Below, piece by piece: positions 39,536-49,257 of a stretch of 64,000 nt of DNA; positions within the stretch are counted from its first letter, which is position 1; the number at the start of each line of letters is the position of its first letter. Below the pieces are notes generated by a model. It saw nothing but the letters and a program-made list of their open reading frames with translations, ran no database searches and was not told where the DNA came from. The stretch is taken from sequence record DRR378314_1424. One strand, given 5' to 3'. Both the position numbers and the translations under genes were made by a program.

Positions 39536-42325
39536 ATGACAAAAACACCGAACCTTGTGCTGGACACGCCGGTTGACGACTGGGTTACCGCCTTCAACCG
39601 CGCGCGCGGTTGGAAAAGGCTGCGGGGTAGGAACGAGTCGCGTCCCGATGCAAAAAACCTGCGCGCTTCGCCCAAGCGGCAACTGCAAGAAGATCGCGCC
39701 TTTGCCCTGAACGGCGATCGCTCTTCCCTGTTGCGCGATGTCATTGCCAATCAGGAAAACAGGCTGCAAGCGCTTGACGCTGCGATTGCCAACCCGCAAC
39801 CGGATGCCGACATTGACGCATTGACGCTTGAACGTGAGGCATTGGCGCAAGAGCATGGTAGAGACAAAGCCGACCTTGCCATCGTTGATCGGGTCGACGC
39901 CCATGTTGCGCAACTGCGCGCGGTGGAGGGGCATCTGCGGGGTGATCTGCGGGACGTTCGCGCTGAAATCCGCAGGCTGGAGGAAGCTGCACCCGTTGAT
40001 CTGAACGTCCTGGACCAGGATCTGCTGGCCCAGTTCCGCCAACAACATGTCATGGTTCAAGGCAACGTAGAACGGGCGCGTGCTGAGATCATGAAGATCA
40101 CCTCTGCAAGTGACGGAAAGACGCTTAGCTATGCAATTATCAACGGGACGGAATACAAAATTCTGTTCGGCATGCTGGAACAGGCAATCCTGCTGGCCGG
40201 GTCTGGCGATCTGGCCTCCGCAACACAGCGTGTCGCCGAAACCCAAACCCAGTTAAATGCCTTCCGCACAGCCAGAACAGGGGCCAGCACCCTGCCCACG
40301 CTGGTCAGTGAATATGGGGATCTCGACGGCCCGATGAACGAGGTCGAAGGGCAGATTTCCCTATTGCGTGACAAGGGCATGCCCACCGCCGCAGATCAAT
40401 TTGGTTTCCGACTGGAAGCCTTGTCGGTCGCCATCAAACAGGCGGTCGCTACCAATGCCCCCGACCTGCGGGATACCTTTTTGAAAGAGGTAACCGACCT
40501 GAGCCAAGAAACCATTGAGGCACGCAATATTGCCTTGCAGGTGCTGCAACTCTGGGCCGACATTCGAACCGACATCGCGACATTACGAGCCAACGGACAT
40601 CGGGTGCGCCCGGAAAGATGTCAACGCAAGCTGGATGAAAGCATACGTTTGGCGGAGGTGCAGGCCCACATGCCGCTGGTGCTGGAAGACGTGCGCGAGG
40701 TGGCTGATTACGTTCGGACACGTCTGGATCGCGCAAAGGATCAAGATCTAAGACGGGCCAACCTTGACCCGGAAGAGTTGCAGAGCACGCTGGAAGCGCT
40801 TGATACCCGCTATGAAGACTTTTTCAAAAGGACCCGCAGCGGCGAAATCGCCACGCAGAGAGATACGAAATCCGGCCAGCAGAAGGGCAAGAAGAAGAAC
40901 AGCAAGCTGCCCCGTGGCGCATTGGAGGAGATAGAGCTTCAGATGCTGGCCGCCAGACAGCTGATCGAAAGTGACTCTGTTGACGCGTTGAAAACCGCGG
41001 ATGAATATCTTGAAGGTGTCGCAAACTTTATCGCAGCCATTGAGCAAGACCCAAACATCTACGTTCATCTGGAAAAGGGTTTCACCGATGTCGAAAAAAG
41101 TATCGCCAAGACCAAAAAACTCTATCCGCTGTATGAACCCGGCCGTTTGTTGGATTTTACGGCAGAGTTAGACGCATTGCGCGCCAGCCATCTGACCCGC
41201 CTTCAAGAAAAGGTAACGCGGGACACGGAGGAGCTGCATGAACGGGTCATGCAGTTCCGGGCGGAAATGCTTGAATTGCAGACGCTCAAGCGGGCTCTGG
41301 TGACGCAAGCCGATGGTGTTGACAAGATTATTAAGAAGATCGGCGAACGGCTGAAGAAAGATGAGACAGGTATCATTCAGTTTGATGGCTACTATGGGCC
41401 GGAAATTGCACGCATGGCTACGATCCGCGACCAGATCGCTGAACGTTCGCCCGCGTCTCTGCGACAGGCGGCAGCAGGGTTAGTTGAAATCAACGGCAAC
41501 CTTGGCTGGCTTCTGTCCCTGCTTGAAAAGCGGAAGGCCGGCAACGATCTGGATGATACCGAAAGTGAATATGTGCAGGGGCTGATCGGGGTCGCGCGAT
41601 CCGGTCAGTTGGATCACGACGCGAATGAGGCGAAGAAAAGCGACTTCAACAGTGGTATCTCAGATCTGACGCGCAAGCTGAGTGAAACAAAACAGCTTCT
41701 GGAGCACCTTAAGGGGGATCCCAGCGAGATCACCAGCCTTGAGGCAGAGCGCAATGGTTTGGAAGCAGAGACCAAGAAATCCGGCAGCTACATCGACGGC
41801 TTGAGCAAGCTGGAAGGGCTTAACAGCCGCGCGGCTCAAATTGCCGATGATGCGCGCAAGGCCAGCGAAATACTGGACGGTGATCTGGCGACAGCAGCCA
41901 GCAACTGCGCAAATGCAATCCAGTTGTTCACCCTTAAACTTGGAACATTTGTTGAAGATATTATTGAACCCGTAGGTGAAACAGATCAGGGCAACCAACT
42001 TGCGATGCCCCCCTTTGACGCGGCCAGCATCAACGGCTTTTTCACCAAACTGCAAAGCTCACTGCAGAAAGTGAACGTTGCCGAAATGAGCACGCAATCT
42101 GCACATGTGGCTGACCGAAGCAGGAGCCTTTCAGATCGCAAGATTGCCCGGAAAACCGCCTTGCAGGAACTGCGTAAACTGATGGCACTGTTTGACAGTT
42201 TTGCGCCGATGCAACATTTCCGCAGCCACCCCTTTGCCAAGGCAGAAGCTTCTGAGCGGCTTGTGACAGCCCGCCAAGCCCTGCCCCGATTGGAAATGCG
42301 GCTTTTGACTGCAATCAAAGATTAA
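39536..42325 (+). CDS. Large helical/coiled-coil hypothetical protein
   Basis: 929 codons, GGAGAG RBS, Glu/Leu/Ala/Arg-rich heptads. Confidence 0.85.
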   Translation: MTKTPNLVLDTPVDDWVTAFNRARGWKRLRGRNESRPDAKNLRASPKRQLQEDRAFALNGDRSSLLRDVIANQENRLQALDAAIANPQPDADIDALTLEREALAQEHGRDKADLAIVDRVDAHVAQLRAVEGHLRGDLRDVRAEIRRLEEAAPVDLNVLDQDLLAQFRQQHVMVQGNVERARAEIMKITSASDGKTLSYAIINGTEYKILFGMLEQAILLAGSGDLASATQRVAETQTQLNAFRTARTGASTLPTLVSEYGDLDGPMNEVEGQISLLRDKGMPTAADQFGFRLEALSVAIKQAVATNAPDLRDTFLKEVTDLSQETIEARNIALQVLQLWADIRTDIATLRANGHRVRPERCQRKLDESIRLAEVQAHMPLVLEDVREVADYVRTRLDRAKDQDLRRANLDPEELQSTLEALDTRYEDFFKRTRSGEIATQRDTKSGQQKGKKKNSKLPRGALEEIELQMLAARQLIESDSVDALKTADEYLEGVANFIAAIEQDPNIYVHLEKGFTDVEKSIAKTKKLYPLYEPGRLLDFTAELDALRASHLTRLQEKVTRDTEELHERVMQFRAEMLELQTLKRALVTQADGVDKIIKKIGERLKKDETGIIQFDGYYGPEIARMATIRDQIAERSPASLRQAAAGLVEINGNLGWLLSLLEKRKAGNDLDDTESEYVQGLIGVARSGQLDHDANEAKKSDFNSGISDLTRKLSETKQLLEHLKGDPSEITSLEAERNGLEAETKKSGSYIDGLSKLEGLNSRAAQIADDARKASEILDGDLATAASNCANAIQLFTLKLGTFVEDIIEPVGETDQGNQLAMPPFDAASINGFFTKLQSSLQKVNVAEMSTQSAHVADRSRSLSDRKIARKTALQELRKLMALFDSFAPMQHFRSHPFAKAEASERLVTARQALPRLEMRLLTAIKD

Positions 42326-42341
42326 CCGAGCGGAGTTAGAC

Positions 42342-45300
42342 ATGGCCTTTTCCAGTGCACAGACCGAATGGCTCGCCAAGACCCAGCAGAGCGCGATTGA
42401 CTATAACGCGATCACAGCAAGGCAGGACGAGCGCAATCGGGTTCTCGCGTCGGTTACAGACGAAATTTCCGACCTTCAGGAAAACCTGATGGCCGCCTCT
42501 GAAGAACTGAAGGTGGAATGGAAGCGGAAGAAGTTTCTTGGTCTGATTGAGCGGTCTAACCGCACGATGGATTGGAAGAACGGCGACCGCGATGATGAGG
42601 TTGATACCGTACATGATCTTGTTGACGAATATCAGGTCGATGACGAGGCGGTACGGGAGCTGACCAAACTGCATGAAAAGCTGTTCGATCTGCAGACCGA
42701 AATGGAAGAGGCCAAAGACGCCGATGGCAACCCGCTGTTCACCGTGGCGGATATCACGCGCGAATTATGGACGCCCCTGGTGCGCGCTGAAGTGATCCCC
42801 TCCAATGCAGTGGCGGACAAATACAGTCAGGAAGCGCAGGTATTTAACGGTGCCTGCGAGATTTATCAGGACAAGCTGGAAAGCTATTCCAAGACAGCGT
42901 CAAAATACACCAGCGCAAAACGGGCGATCAAAATCGGCGCTGATGTGGTATCCCTGATGGGGTCGCTGGCCGGTGATGCCATCAAGATCGACAGTTTTGA
43001 CGCACAGACAATGACGCGTCAGGACACGCTGGATCTGGCAAGGGACAATGCGGCAAAAACTGCGGGGACGGCCACCCCTGAACAGTTGGAAAATATCGAA
43101 CGGTTAAACGGATTAAAGCAACAGGGCCGCGAAGCCGCGTTGCAGATTGCCGCCGTGACCATGACCACCACGGTGCTGTCCGGCGGGTTAAGCATTCTTG
43201 ATTCAACTTTGGACAAACCAGAGGATGGCCGGCGCAGAACCTTTGCGGCCGGGGTGGCGAAGGCGGCCTTCAACGCTTTGGGCAATGCAGCGGCGGCATC
43301 AATCTCCGTTTACTCTGCAAATGTTGTGGCGACGGATGCCTCAACAGCGTTTTCTTCCTCCTTCCAGACCCAGATGAACATCGCGTCAAAATCGGTGACG
43401 GCCTTGATCGCAGGGGGCAACACCGGTTTCAGCCTTTTCACCGCAACGATGAAGTTTGTAGATGGGGATTACGACGGCGGTGTGGGTGCCATCACCGAGG
43501 CATTGAATGGGATTGCCGGGGCGGTCGGGGCCAGCTTTGCCGCCGTTGATGTCAAACGCGGCACCGATGATCAGGGCAATATGGTGCTTGGCGATCAGGG
43601 CAAATGGCAACAGATCGGGCTTACCGTTCAGGCCGCCATCCTTGCTGGCTCCAACATTCCGGCCATTGCGAAGCATCTTGCGGATGTGGTCGCCAGCGAT
43701 GGCGGTAAGGTGGATTTGAAGGTGATCCTTGCCAATGTCGGTTTCTCCGCGATCAGCGCCTCTTTGGCCGGGGCCATGCCGCAAATCGCGGGCGGCACCT
43801 ATACCGTTAAAGAAGGTGAAGATATTGAAATGGGCTCGGCCAACGCCCTGTTTCAAAAGACGCAGGTTGAATACGACATCTTTAACAATGATGCCAATGC
43901 TGCCGGTGATGTTGCGGTCACAGCCAAACCCAGCCTTGGAATGGAGACCCCCACCGACAATTCCGAAGCCTTGATGGCGCAAAAGAAGTTTCTGGCCGAG
44001 CAGGAGAACGCCCGCAAGGCCCGCGCCATGTCGGATTTCAAGAGAGATCTGCAAGACCCGGCCCGGCGCGACGAGTTTTTCGCGCAGATTGAAGAGGCAA
44101 GCGCGCGCGAGTTGGAAGTTTTAAACGCGCTTCTTGATGACGCCGCGCAACCGCCGCAGGATCTCGACTCGGTTGAGAAAGAACAAAAGGCAATGGCGGC
44201 GATGGACAAGCTGCTTGCCGAAGCGCGGTCCTGCAACATGAAATGGCAAGCGCTTGAGGTGATCACCGGTGTTGGTGCCGCCGCCCTTGCTGCCGCTTTG
44301 CCCGGTGCGGGACTGGCGGTGGCGATCCAGAAACTGTTGATCGATGCCACGACGTTGGTGCGTAAATCCTACCAGTTGAACAAATGGATGGATAATATGG
44401 CGCTGACCGTTGGCAATAGCTCTGTTTACGGGCCGGCGATCAGTGGGCGTCTTAATTCAGCCCGCGTTCAGGTCAGCCTTCAGGTGCTACGGGTTTTGTA
44501 TGACAGTCTTGGTGTTGCTGCGGAATCAATCAAATTGGCCGACGCCTCGGGGGTCAGCATGGGCAGCGGGACAGCCGTTGGTGCCGGTATCCAAATCGGG
44601 ACAAGCATGGCGCGCGCCCTGACCGAATTTGCCTATAAGATGCAGAAAGAAGCGGAAATCGAGGCCGGTTGGCAGCTGTATCTGATTGCCCTCAAATCGC
44701 CCGGAGACCGCAAAAGGGCACGCACCGCGATGAAGTGGAATTCCACCTTGTCAAAATGCGTCATCGCCTATGGCATCGTGATTGACGGAGATCCGATTGC
44801 CAAAGAGGTCGGGCGCAGCTGTGGCCTGACACCCGAGGTGCTTGCCGACCAAAAGAACGTCTGCCAGAAGGTCGTAAGCTATTTCGAGACGCTCTATACC
44901 GATGATCCGCAGATCATGAAGCGGGTTCCGATCAAAAAGGACTGGCACCCCGGCACGCCGGTGCCCACCCTTGTCAGCTGGTTGCGCTTCAAGGCCGCAG
45001 CGGCGGAACGCGCCACGCCCCCCCTCGCCCCGGAGTCCGTAAAAACACCAGAGATTGACCGCCAACTGTCCCTGTTGGTTGCCTTATTGGGACCGGATGC
45101 GGATTATTCCGCCAAGCGCGACACGGATTTCCCGGAGTTTGATATCTCTAACCCAGCCCGCGAGACACCGGCATATGGCACATTTCTGGATGACGTGGAC
45201 CGTGCAACATCGGGGCTGATCGCAGCCCTGCGTTCTTATGCGCCCAAGAACGCCGAACCAGCAGAGGCTGGCGACTGGACCGGCGGGGCCGCACATGCAG

Positions 45301-45485
45301 ATTTTATTGGCGTTGTGGAAAGTCTTACCGCGCAAGCACAGATGATTGCCGGTGAAGCCGCCAACGACAAGAAGCGTCTGGAAGAATATCTGGAGCAACG
45401 TCAGGCCACTTTGAACGCTGCGGCACAGCTCGAAGAGGATGACGCTGAAGATGACGAAGCGGAGGATGATAATCAGGGCAGATAG
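42342..45485 (+). CDS. Large hypothetical protein with Gly/Ala-rich hydrophobic helices (translocator/pore-former-like composition)
   Basis: 1047 codons, GGAG RBS, several moderately hydrophobic segments, acidic tail. Confidence 0.85.
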   Translation: MAFSSAQTEWLAKTQQSAIDYNAITARQDERNRVLASVTDEISDLQENLMAASEELKVEWKRKKFLGLIERSNRTMDWKNGDRDDEVDTVHDLVDEYQVDDEAVRELTKLHEKLFDLQTEMEEAKDADGNPLFTVADITRELWTPLVRAEVIPSNAVADKYSQEAQVFNGACEIYQDKLESYSKTASKYTSAKRAIKIGADVVSLMGSLAGDAIKIDSFDAQTMTRQDTLDLARDNAAKTAGTATPEQLENIERLNGLKQQGREAALQIAAVTMTTTVLSGGLSILDSTLDKPEDGRRRTFAAGVAKAAFNALGNAAAASISVYSANVVATDASTAFSSSFQTQMNIASKSVTALIAGGNTGFSLFTATMKFVDGDYDGGVGAITEALNGIAGAVGASFAAVDVKRGTDDQGNMVLGDQGKWQQIGLTVQAAILAGSNIPAIAKHLADVVASDGGKVDLKVILANVGFSAISASLAGAMPQIAGGTYTVKEGEDIEMGSANALFQKTQVEYDIFNNDANAAGDVAVTAKPSLGMETPTDNSEALMAQKKFLAEQENARKARAMSDFKRDLQDPARRDEFFAQIEEASARELEVLNALLDDAAQPPQDLDSVEKEQKAMAAMDKLLAEARSCNMKWQALEVITGVGAAALAAALPGAGLAVAIQKLLIDATTLVRKSYQLNKWMDNMALTVGNSSVYGPAISGRLNSARVQVSLQVLRVLYDSLGVAAESIKLADASGVSMGSGTAVGAGIQIGTSMARALTEFAYKMQKEAEIEAGWQLYLIALKSPGDRKRARTAMKWNSTLSKCVIAYGIVIDGDPIAKEVGRSCGLTPEVLADQKNVCQKVVSYFETLYTDDPQIMKRVPIKKDWHPGTPVPTLVSWLRFKAAAAERATPPLAPESVKTPEIDRQLSLLVALLGPDADYSAKRDTDFPEFDISNPARETPAYGTFLDDVDRATSGLIAALRSYAPKNAEPAEAGDWTGGAAHADFIGVVESLTAQAQMIAGEAANDKKRLEEYLEQRQATLNAAAQLEEDDAEDDEAEDDNQGR

Positions 45486-45963
45486 GGCCACGCTGGCCCG
45501 CCCTGCGGCGCATCCCATCGTTGACAGATCCGGCTAGGGCAAACTCCGCTGGCCCGAGTTCCCGAGCGTTCATTGTTCTGTAATCCACACTGCCGTTGTG
45601 ATCGCCGGGGACCAATCCTCTGGGCGTCTTCCCCGCATTTTCTGCGCTGATGATGGCGGGTCCGTCAGGGCGACAAAGAGCTGGCTCCCCAGCTTCGCGA
45701 CCCTTGGCCCCTGTGCGGCAATCCCCGGTGACATCTGTTTTATGATTCCCGGGCGTGAATGCTTGCCAATTCGGCAGAACCTCGCCAGAACGTCACCGGA
45801 TACAACGCAGGGTATATTCCACATCGACCAACACGACCACACGCATCCATTGCACGTGTTAAAAACGTGGCCTGCATTGCTAATTCGTTCCTGCCTAGTC
45901 TAAATTTAGGACATCGGGCCGGTTTACACCATGTCAGCCACTCGTGCGGAGATAACCCTTTTC

Positions 45964-48900
45964 ATGACGCGCCCTGCACCGCATATCTCGGAGTTTCTGG
46001 CCGGCATCGGCCTGCCTCAACTGCTTGATCTGTTTTCCGCAGAAGACATTGATATGTCGACCCTGATGCTGTTGGACAAGGACGACCTGAAAGAGCTTGG
46101 CTTGACCCTGGGCCAACGCAAGAAACTGCTGGCCGCGATGGATGCCTTGCCAGCAGCTGCGGGCGACGCAGCGCCTGCCGATGCCCCCCCCGAAGAGGCC
46201 CCGATCCAGCTGCGCCGTATCAGCGTGCTGTTCTGCGATATTGTTGGCTCCACAGAGTTGAGCCAGCAGCACAGTATCGAAGACATGCAGATCATCATGC
46301 AGCATTATTATCAGGTCGCTGATGACATCGCCCGACAGCATGATGGCTATCTTGTCGGCTCGCAAGGTGATGGTGTGGTCATCCTGTTCGGCTATCCGCG
46401 TGTCCTTGACGGATTTGCCGAACGCTGTGTTCAGGCGGCACAGAATCTACAACGCGCATTGGCGGAAAAGCTGGTGACCTTTGACGGACGGGCGTCGTTT
46501 CATATCCCCACACGGATTGGCATTGCCACCGGGCAGGCCGCCGTCGGACAGGCCAGCGGGGCCCTGCGCGGAGATGCGATGCAACTGGTTGGCCCCGTGG
46601 TCAATCGCGCCGCGCGGCTTCAGACCGTGGCCAACCCGCAATCCATTGTGGTGGACAGCAAGACCCAGCATCTGACCCGAAGTTCCGTACTTTATTCCGA
46701 GGTAGAGGCGCATGACCTCAAGGGGCTGCCCTCTGGCACTGAAGTGTTTCACGTTCTAGGGCTGCGCCATGAGGTCGAAGGCCCGGTTGCACCCGCCACG
46801 CTGATCGGGCGTGACGGCGAGGCTGCCACCCTGCGCCGACTGTGGACGCAGGCGCAGGCCGGCACGCCGGTTACCGTCACAATCACCGGCGATGCGGGCA
46901 TTGGAAAATCGACCCTGATCCAAAGTTTCGTGTCGATGCAGACCAACCCTTCGATGCGCGTCCTGCACCTGCATTGCGCTGCAATGGGTGCCCGCTCGCC
47001 CTTGTTGCCGGTGGCCAAAACACTGGATGCGCTGACCGCTTCAGGGGCGACAAACCCATCGCTCGCCAGTCTTCTCGGTGACCCGGCCCCGGAACTGCTG
47101 CACCGTGCCGCCCAGTTCCTCGGACTTGGTGCCGCACCTGCGGAAGATGTGACGCTTTCGCTGCGGGACCGTGACAGTATCCTTGATCTGCTTGGCCGCT
47201 GGATCATCCGGGGGGCATCCGGCCCGACCCTGCTGTTTGTGGAAAACGCCCAATGGGCCGACAACTCCACTCGCGAGCTTTTGAAACGTGCCGCGGAACG
47301 TGCCCGCCGCGAGGGGGCTGCGCTGATGATGATCGCCGCAACGCGCGCAGACAGCCCCGACATCTGGATCGAACAGAAAGGCCATGAAACCCTGATCCTG
47401 CCGCCGCTGGATCAGCGCCATTGTGAAAAGCTGTTGCAGGGGATTTTTGGGAACAAGCCAATCCCGCACCCCATCCGTAACAACATCCTGAGTCATTCCG
47501 GCGGCAATCCCCTGATGCTGGAAACACTGGGCCAGGCGCAGGCCACGCAGCAACAGACAATGGTCGCAGGTTCGGTGGAAATCCCGCATACGATTTATGA
47601 ATCCGTCTCCAAACGTCTTGACGGGATCCGTATGGGGCGCAGCGTGATCGAAGCCCTTGCAGTCTTGGACAGCCCAGCCAGCCCTTCCCTGTTAGCGGCG
47701 GTCCTTGATCGTGATGCCGACAGCATGAAACCGGCGATAGACGCATTGGAACAGGCCGGTCTGGTCTTGCGTGAGGGGACACAAGGACAGGAGGTGGCGA
47801 CCATCCGCCATCAGGTGTACCGAGATGTGATCTATGAACAGATCGTCGGACAATCCCGAAGGCGGCTGCACACGGCGGCCTATTCGGCGCTGGACGGATA
47901 TTATACAGACACTGAGGCCCAGCGCCCTGATGTTCTGGCAACACATGCTCATGTCGCACGAGATTGGGAAAACACTGCCGCTCATGCGCTGGAGGCAGGC
48001 GAAAGCCTGCTGAAACGCTCTGCTCTGATCGAAGCGGGGCATTTCCTGGAAATGGCCAATGGCGCCATGCAACGGCTGCCGGGCAATGCTGCCAACAAGA
48101 AAAAACACCTGCGTACGATCACCGGTCTCGCCTCTGTTGAACGGTCACGCTTTGGGATCGCGACGGACGCCAGTGCGGATCTTGGCACACAGGCGGTGCA
48201 ACTCGCCCGCGAGCTTGGCGACAGCAAGACAGAGCTTTTAGCGCTGAACGGGCTTTATGCGCATTCATTGGTGCGGGCCAACTATCCGCAGGCGCAGGAA
48301 TACGCCGAAACCCTGTTGGAAACCGCCAGCCACAGTCAGGACAAGACCTTTGTGATGATTGGCACCCGCGCCATTGGGGCCGTGGCGTTTCACCGATCCG
48401 ACCAGAAAACCGCCCAGCGCAACCTAAGTCTGGCCTTGTCCCAATATGACAAGGACACCCATCTGCCTCTGGCCCATGCCCATGGCTATGACCACGCGGA
48501 AATCTGCGCGGCCTTCCTTTGCATGTCAAACTGGCTGACTGGTGATCTACAGCAATCGCGCCATTTTGGTGCCTTCTCCATCAACCATTCCCGTGAAATC
48601 GGCCATGCCCATTCACTGGCGCAGGCAATGGCCTTTCGGGTCATGCTGGGGGCGCTTGCCCGCCATGGAACCGAACTTTCGGTGATTGCCAGCGAAGCCA
48701 TTGCATTAGGTGAAAAACACGACATCCGGGTGATGCGCGCCGCTGCCGTCCTGTTCCCTTTTGTCACCCAACTGTGCCTGCGGCCCGAACCGCCAAAACC
48801 TGCCGAGATGACTGACCTTGCCCTGCGCGTAAAAGAGTTTCGCGAGGTAAACCCCTTTAACTACGGGCCCTTGGTCGCCTCCTTGATCGCCGAAGCCTCT

Positions 48901-49257
48901 TTGCGGGCTGATGATATTGACGGCGCAGAGGCCGCCCTGTCAGAAGGTTCAACGCTTGAGCTGCGCACCGGTGAGACCTGGACAGCACCCGAATTGTTGC
49001 GCCTGCGGGCCTGCGTTGCCGCAGCGCGGGGGAAGGTCGAGATTGCCGGCCAGCTGCGTCAGGAAGCCTTGAAAAGTGCAACCCGCGCCGGTGCCCTGAC
49101 GCTGGCGCTGCGGATCCTCTGCGACATTGCCGTGGCGGATCCCGGCCCGACCACAATCCAGCCTCTGCGTGACGCCCTGCAACGAATGGCATCCGATGAT
49201 CAGGGGTGGGATACGCAACGCGCCACCGCCCTTGTTCAGGCCGTTGGCCTGACCTGA
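45964..49257 (+). CDS. SAM plus class III adenylate/guanylate cyclase plus STAND/AAA ATPase plus TPR-like protein
   Basis: DLKELGLTLGQRKKLL (SAM); LFCDIVGST, QGDG, VNRAARLQ (cyclase); GDAGIGKST, ENAQWAD, GGNPL (STAND). Confidence 0.92.
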   Translation: MTRPAPHISEFLAGIGLPQLLDLFSAEDIDMSTLMLLDKDDLKELGLTLGQRKKLLAAMDALPAAAGDAAPADAPPEEAPIQLRRISVLFCDIVGSTELSQQHSIEDMQIIMQHYYQVADDIARQHDGYLVGSQGDGVVILFGYPRVLDGFAERCVQAAQNLQRALAEKLVTFDGRASFHIPTRIGIATGQAAVGQASGALRGDAMQLVGPVVNRAARLQTVANPQSIVVDSKTQHLTRSSVLYSEVEAHDLKGLPSGTEVFHVLGLRHEVEGPVAPATLIGRDGEAATLRRLWTQAQAGTPVTVTITGDAGIGKSTLIQSFVSMQTNPSMRVLHLHCAAMGARSPLLPVAKTLDALTASGATNPSLASLLGDPAPELLHRAAQFLGLGAAPAEDVTLSLRDRDSILDLLGRWIIRGASGPTLLFVENAQWADNSTRELLKRAAERARREGAALMMIAATRADSPDIWIEQKGHETLILPPLDQRHCEKLLQGIFGNKPIPHPIRNNILSHSGGNPLMLETLGQAQATQQQTMVAGSVEIPHTIYESVSKRLDGIRMGRSVIEALAVLDSPASPSLLAAVLDRDADSMKPAIDALEQAGLVLREGTQGQEVATIRHQVYRDVIYEQIVGQSRRRLHTAAYSALDGYYTDTEAQRPDVLATHAHVARDWENTAAHALEAGESLLKRSALIEAGHFLEMANGAMQRLPGNAANKKKHLRTITGLASVERSRFGIATDASADLGTQAVQLARELGDSKTELLALNGLYAHSLVRANYPQAQEYAETLLETASHSQDKTFVMIGTRAIGAVAFHRSDQKTAQRNLSLALSQYDKDTHLPLAHAHGYDHAEICAAFLCMSNWLTGDLQQSRHFGAFSINHSREIGHAHSLAQAMAFRVMLGALARHGTELSVIASEAIALGEKHDIRVMRAAAVLFPFVTQLCLRPEPPKPAEMTDLALRVKEFREVNPFNYGPLVASLIAEASLRADDIDGAEAALSEGSTLELRTGETWTAPELLRLRACVAAARGKVEIAGQLRQEALKSATRAGALTLALRILCDIAVADPGPTTIQPLRDALQRMASDDQGWDTQRATALVQAVGLT

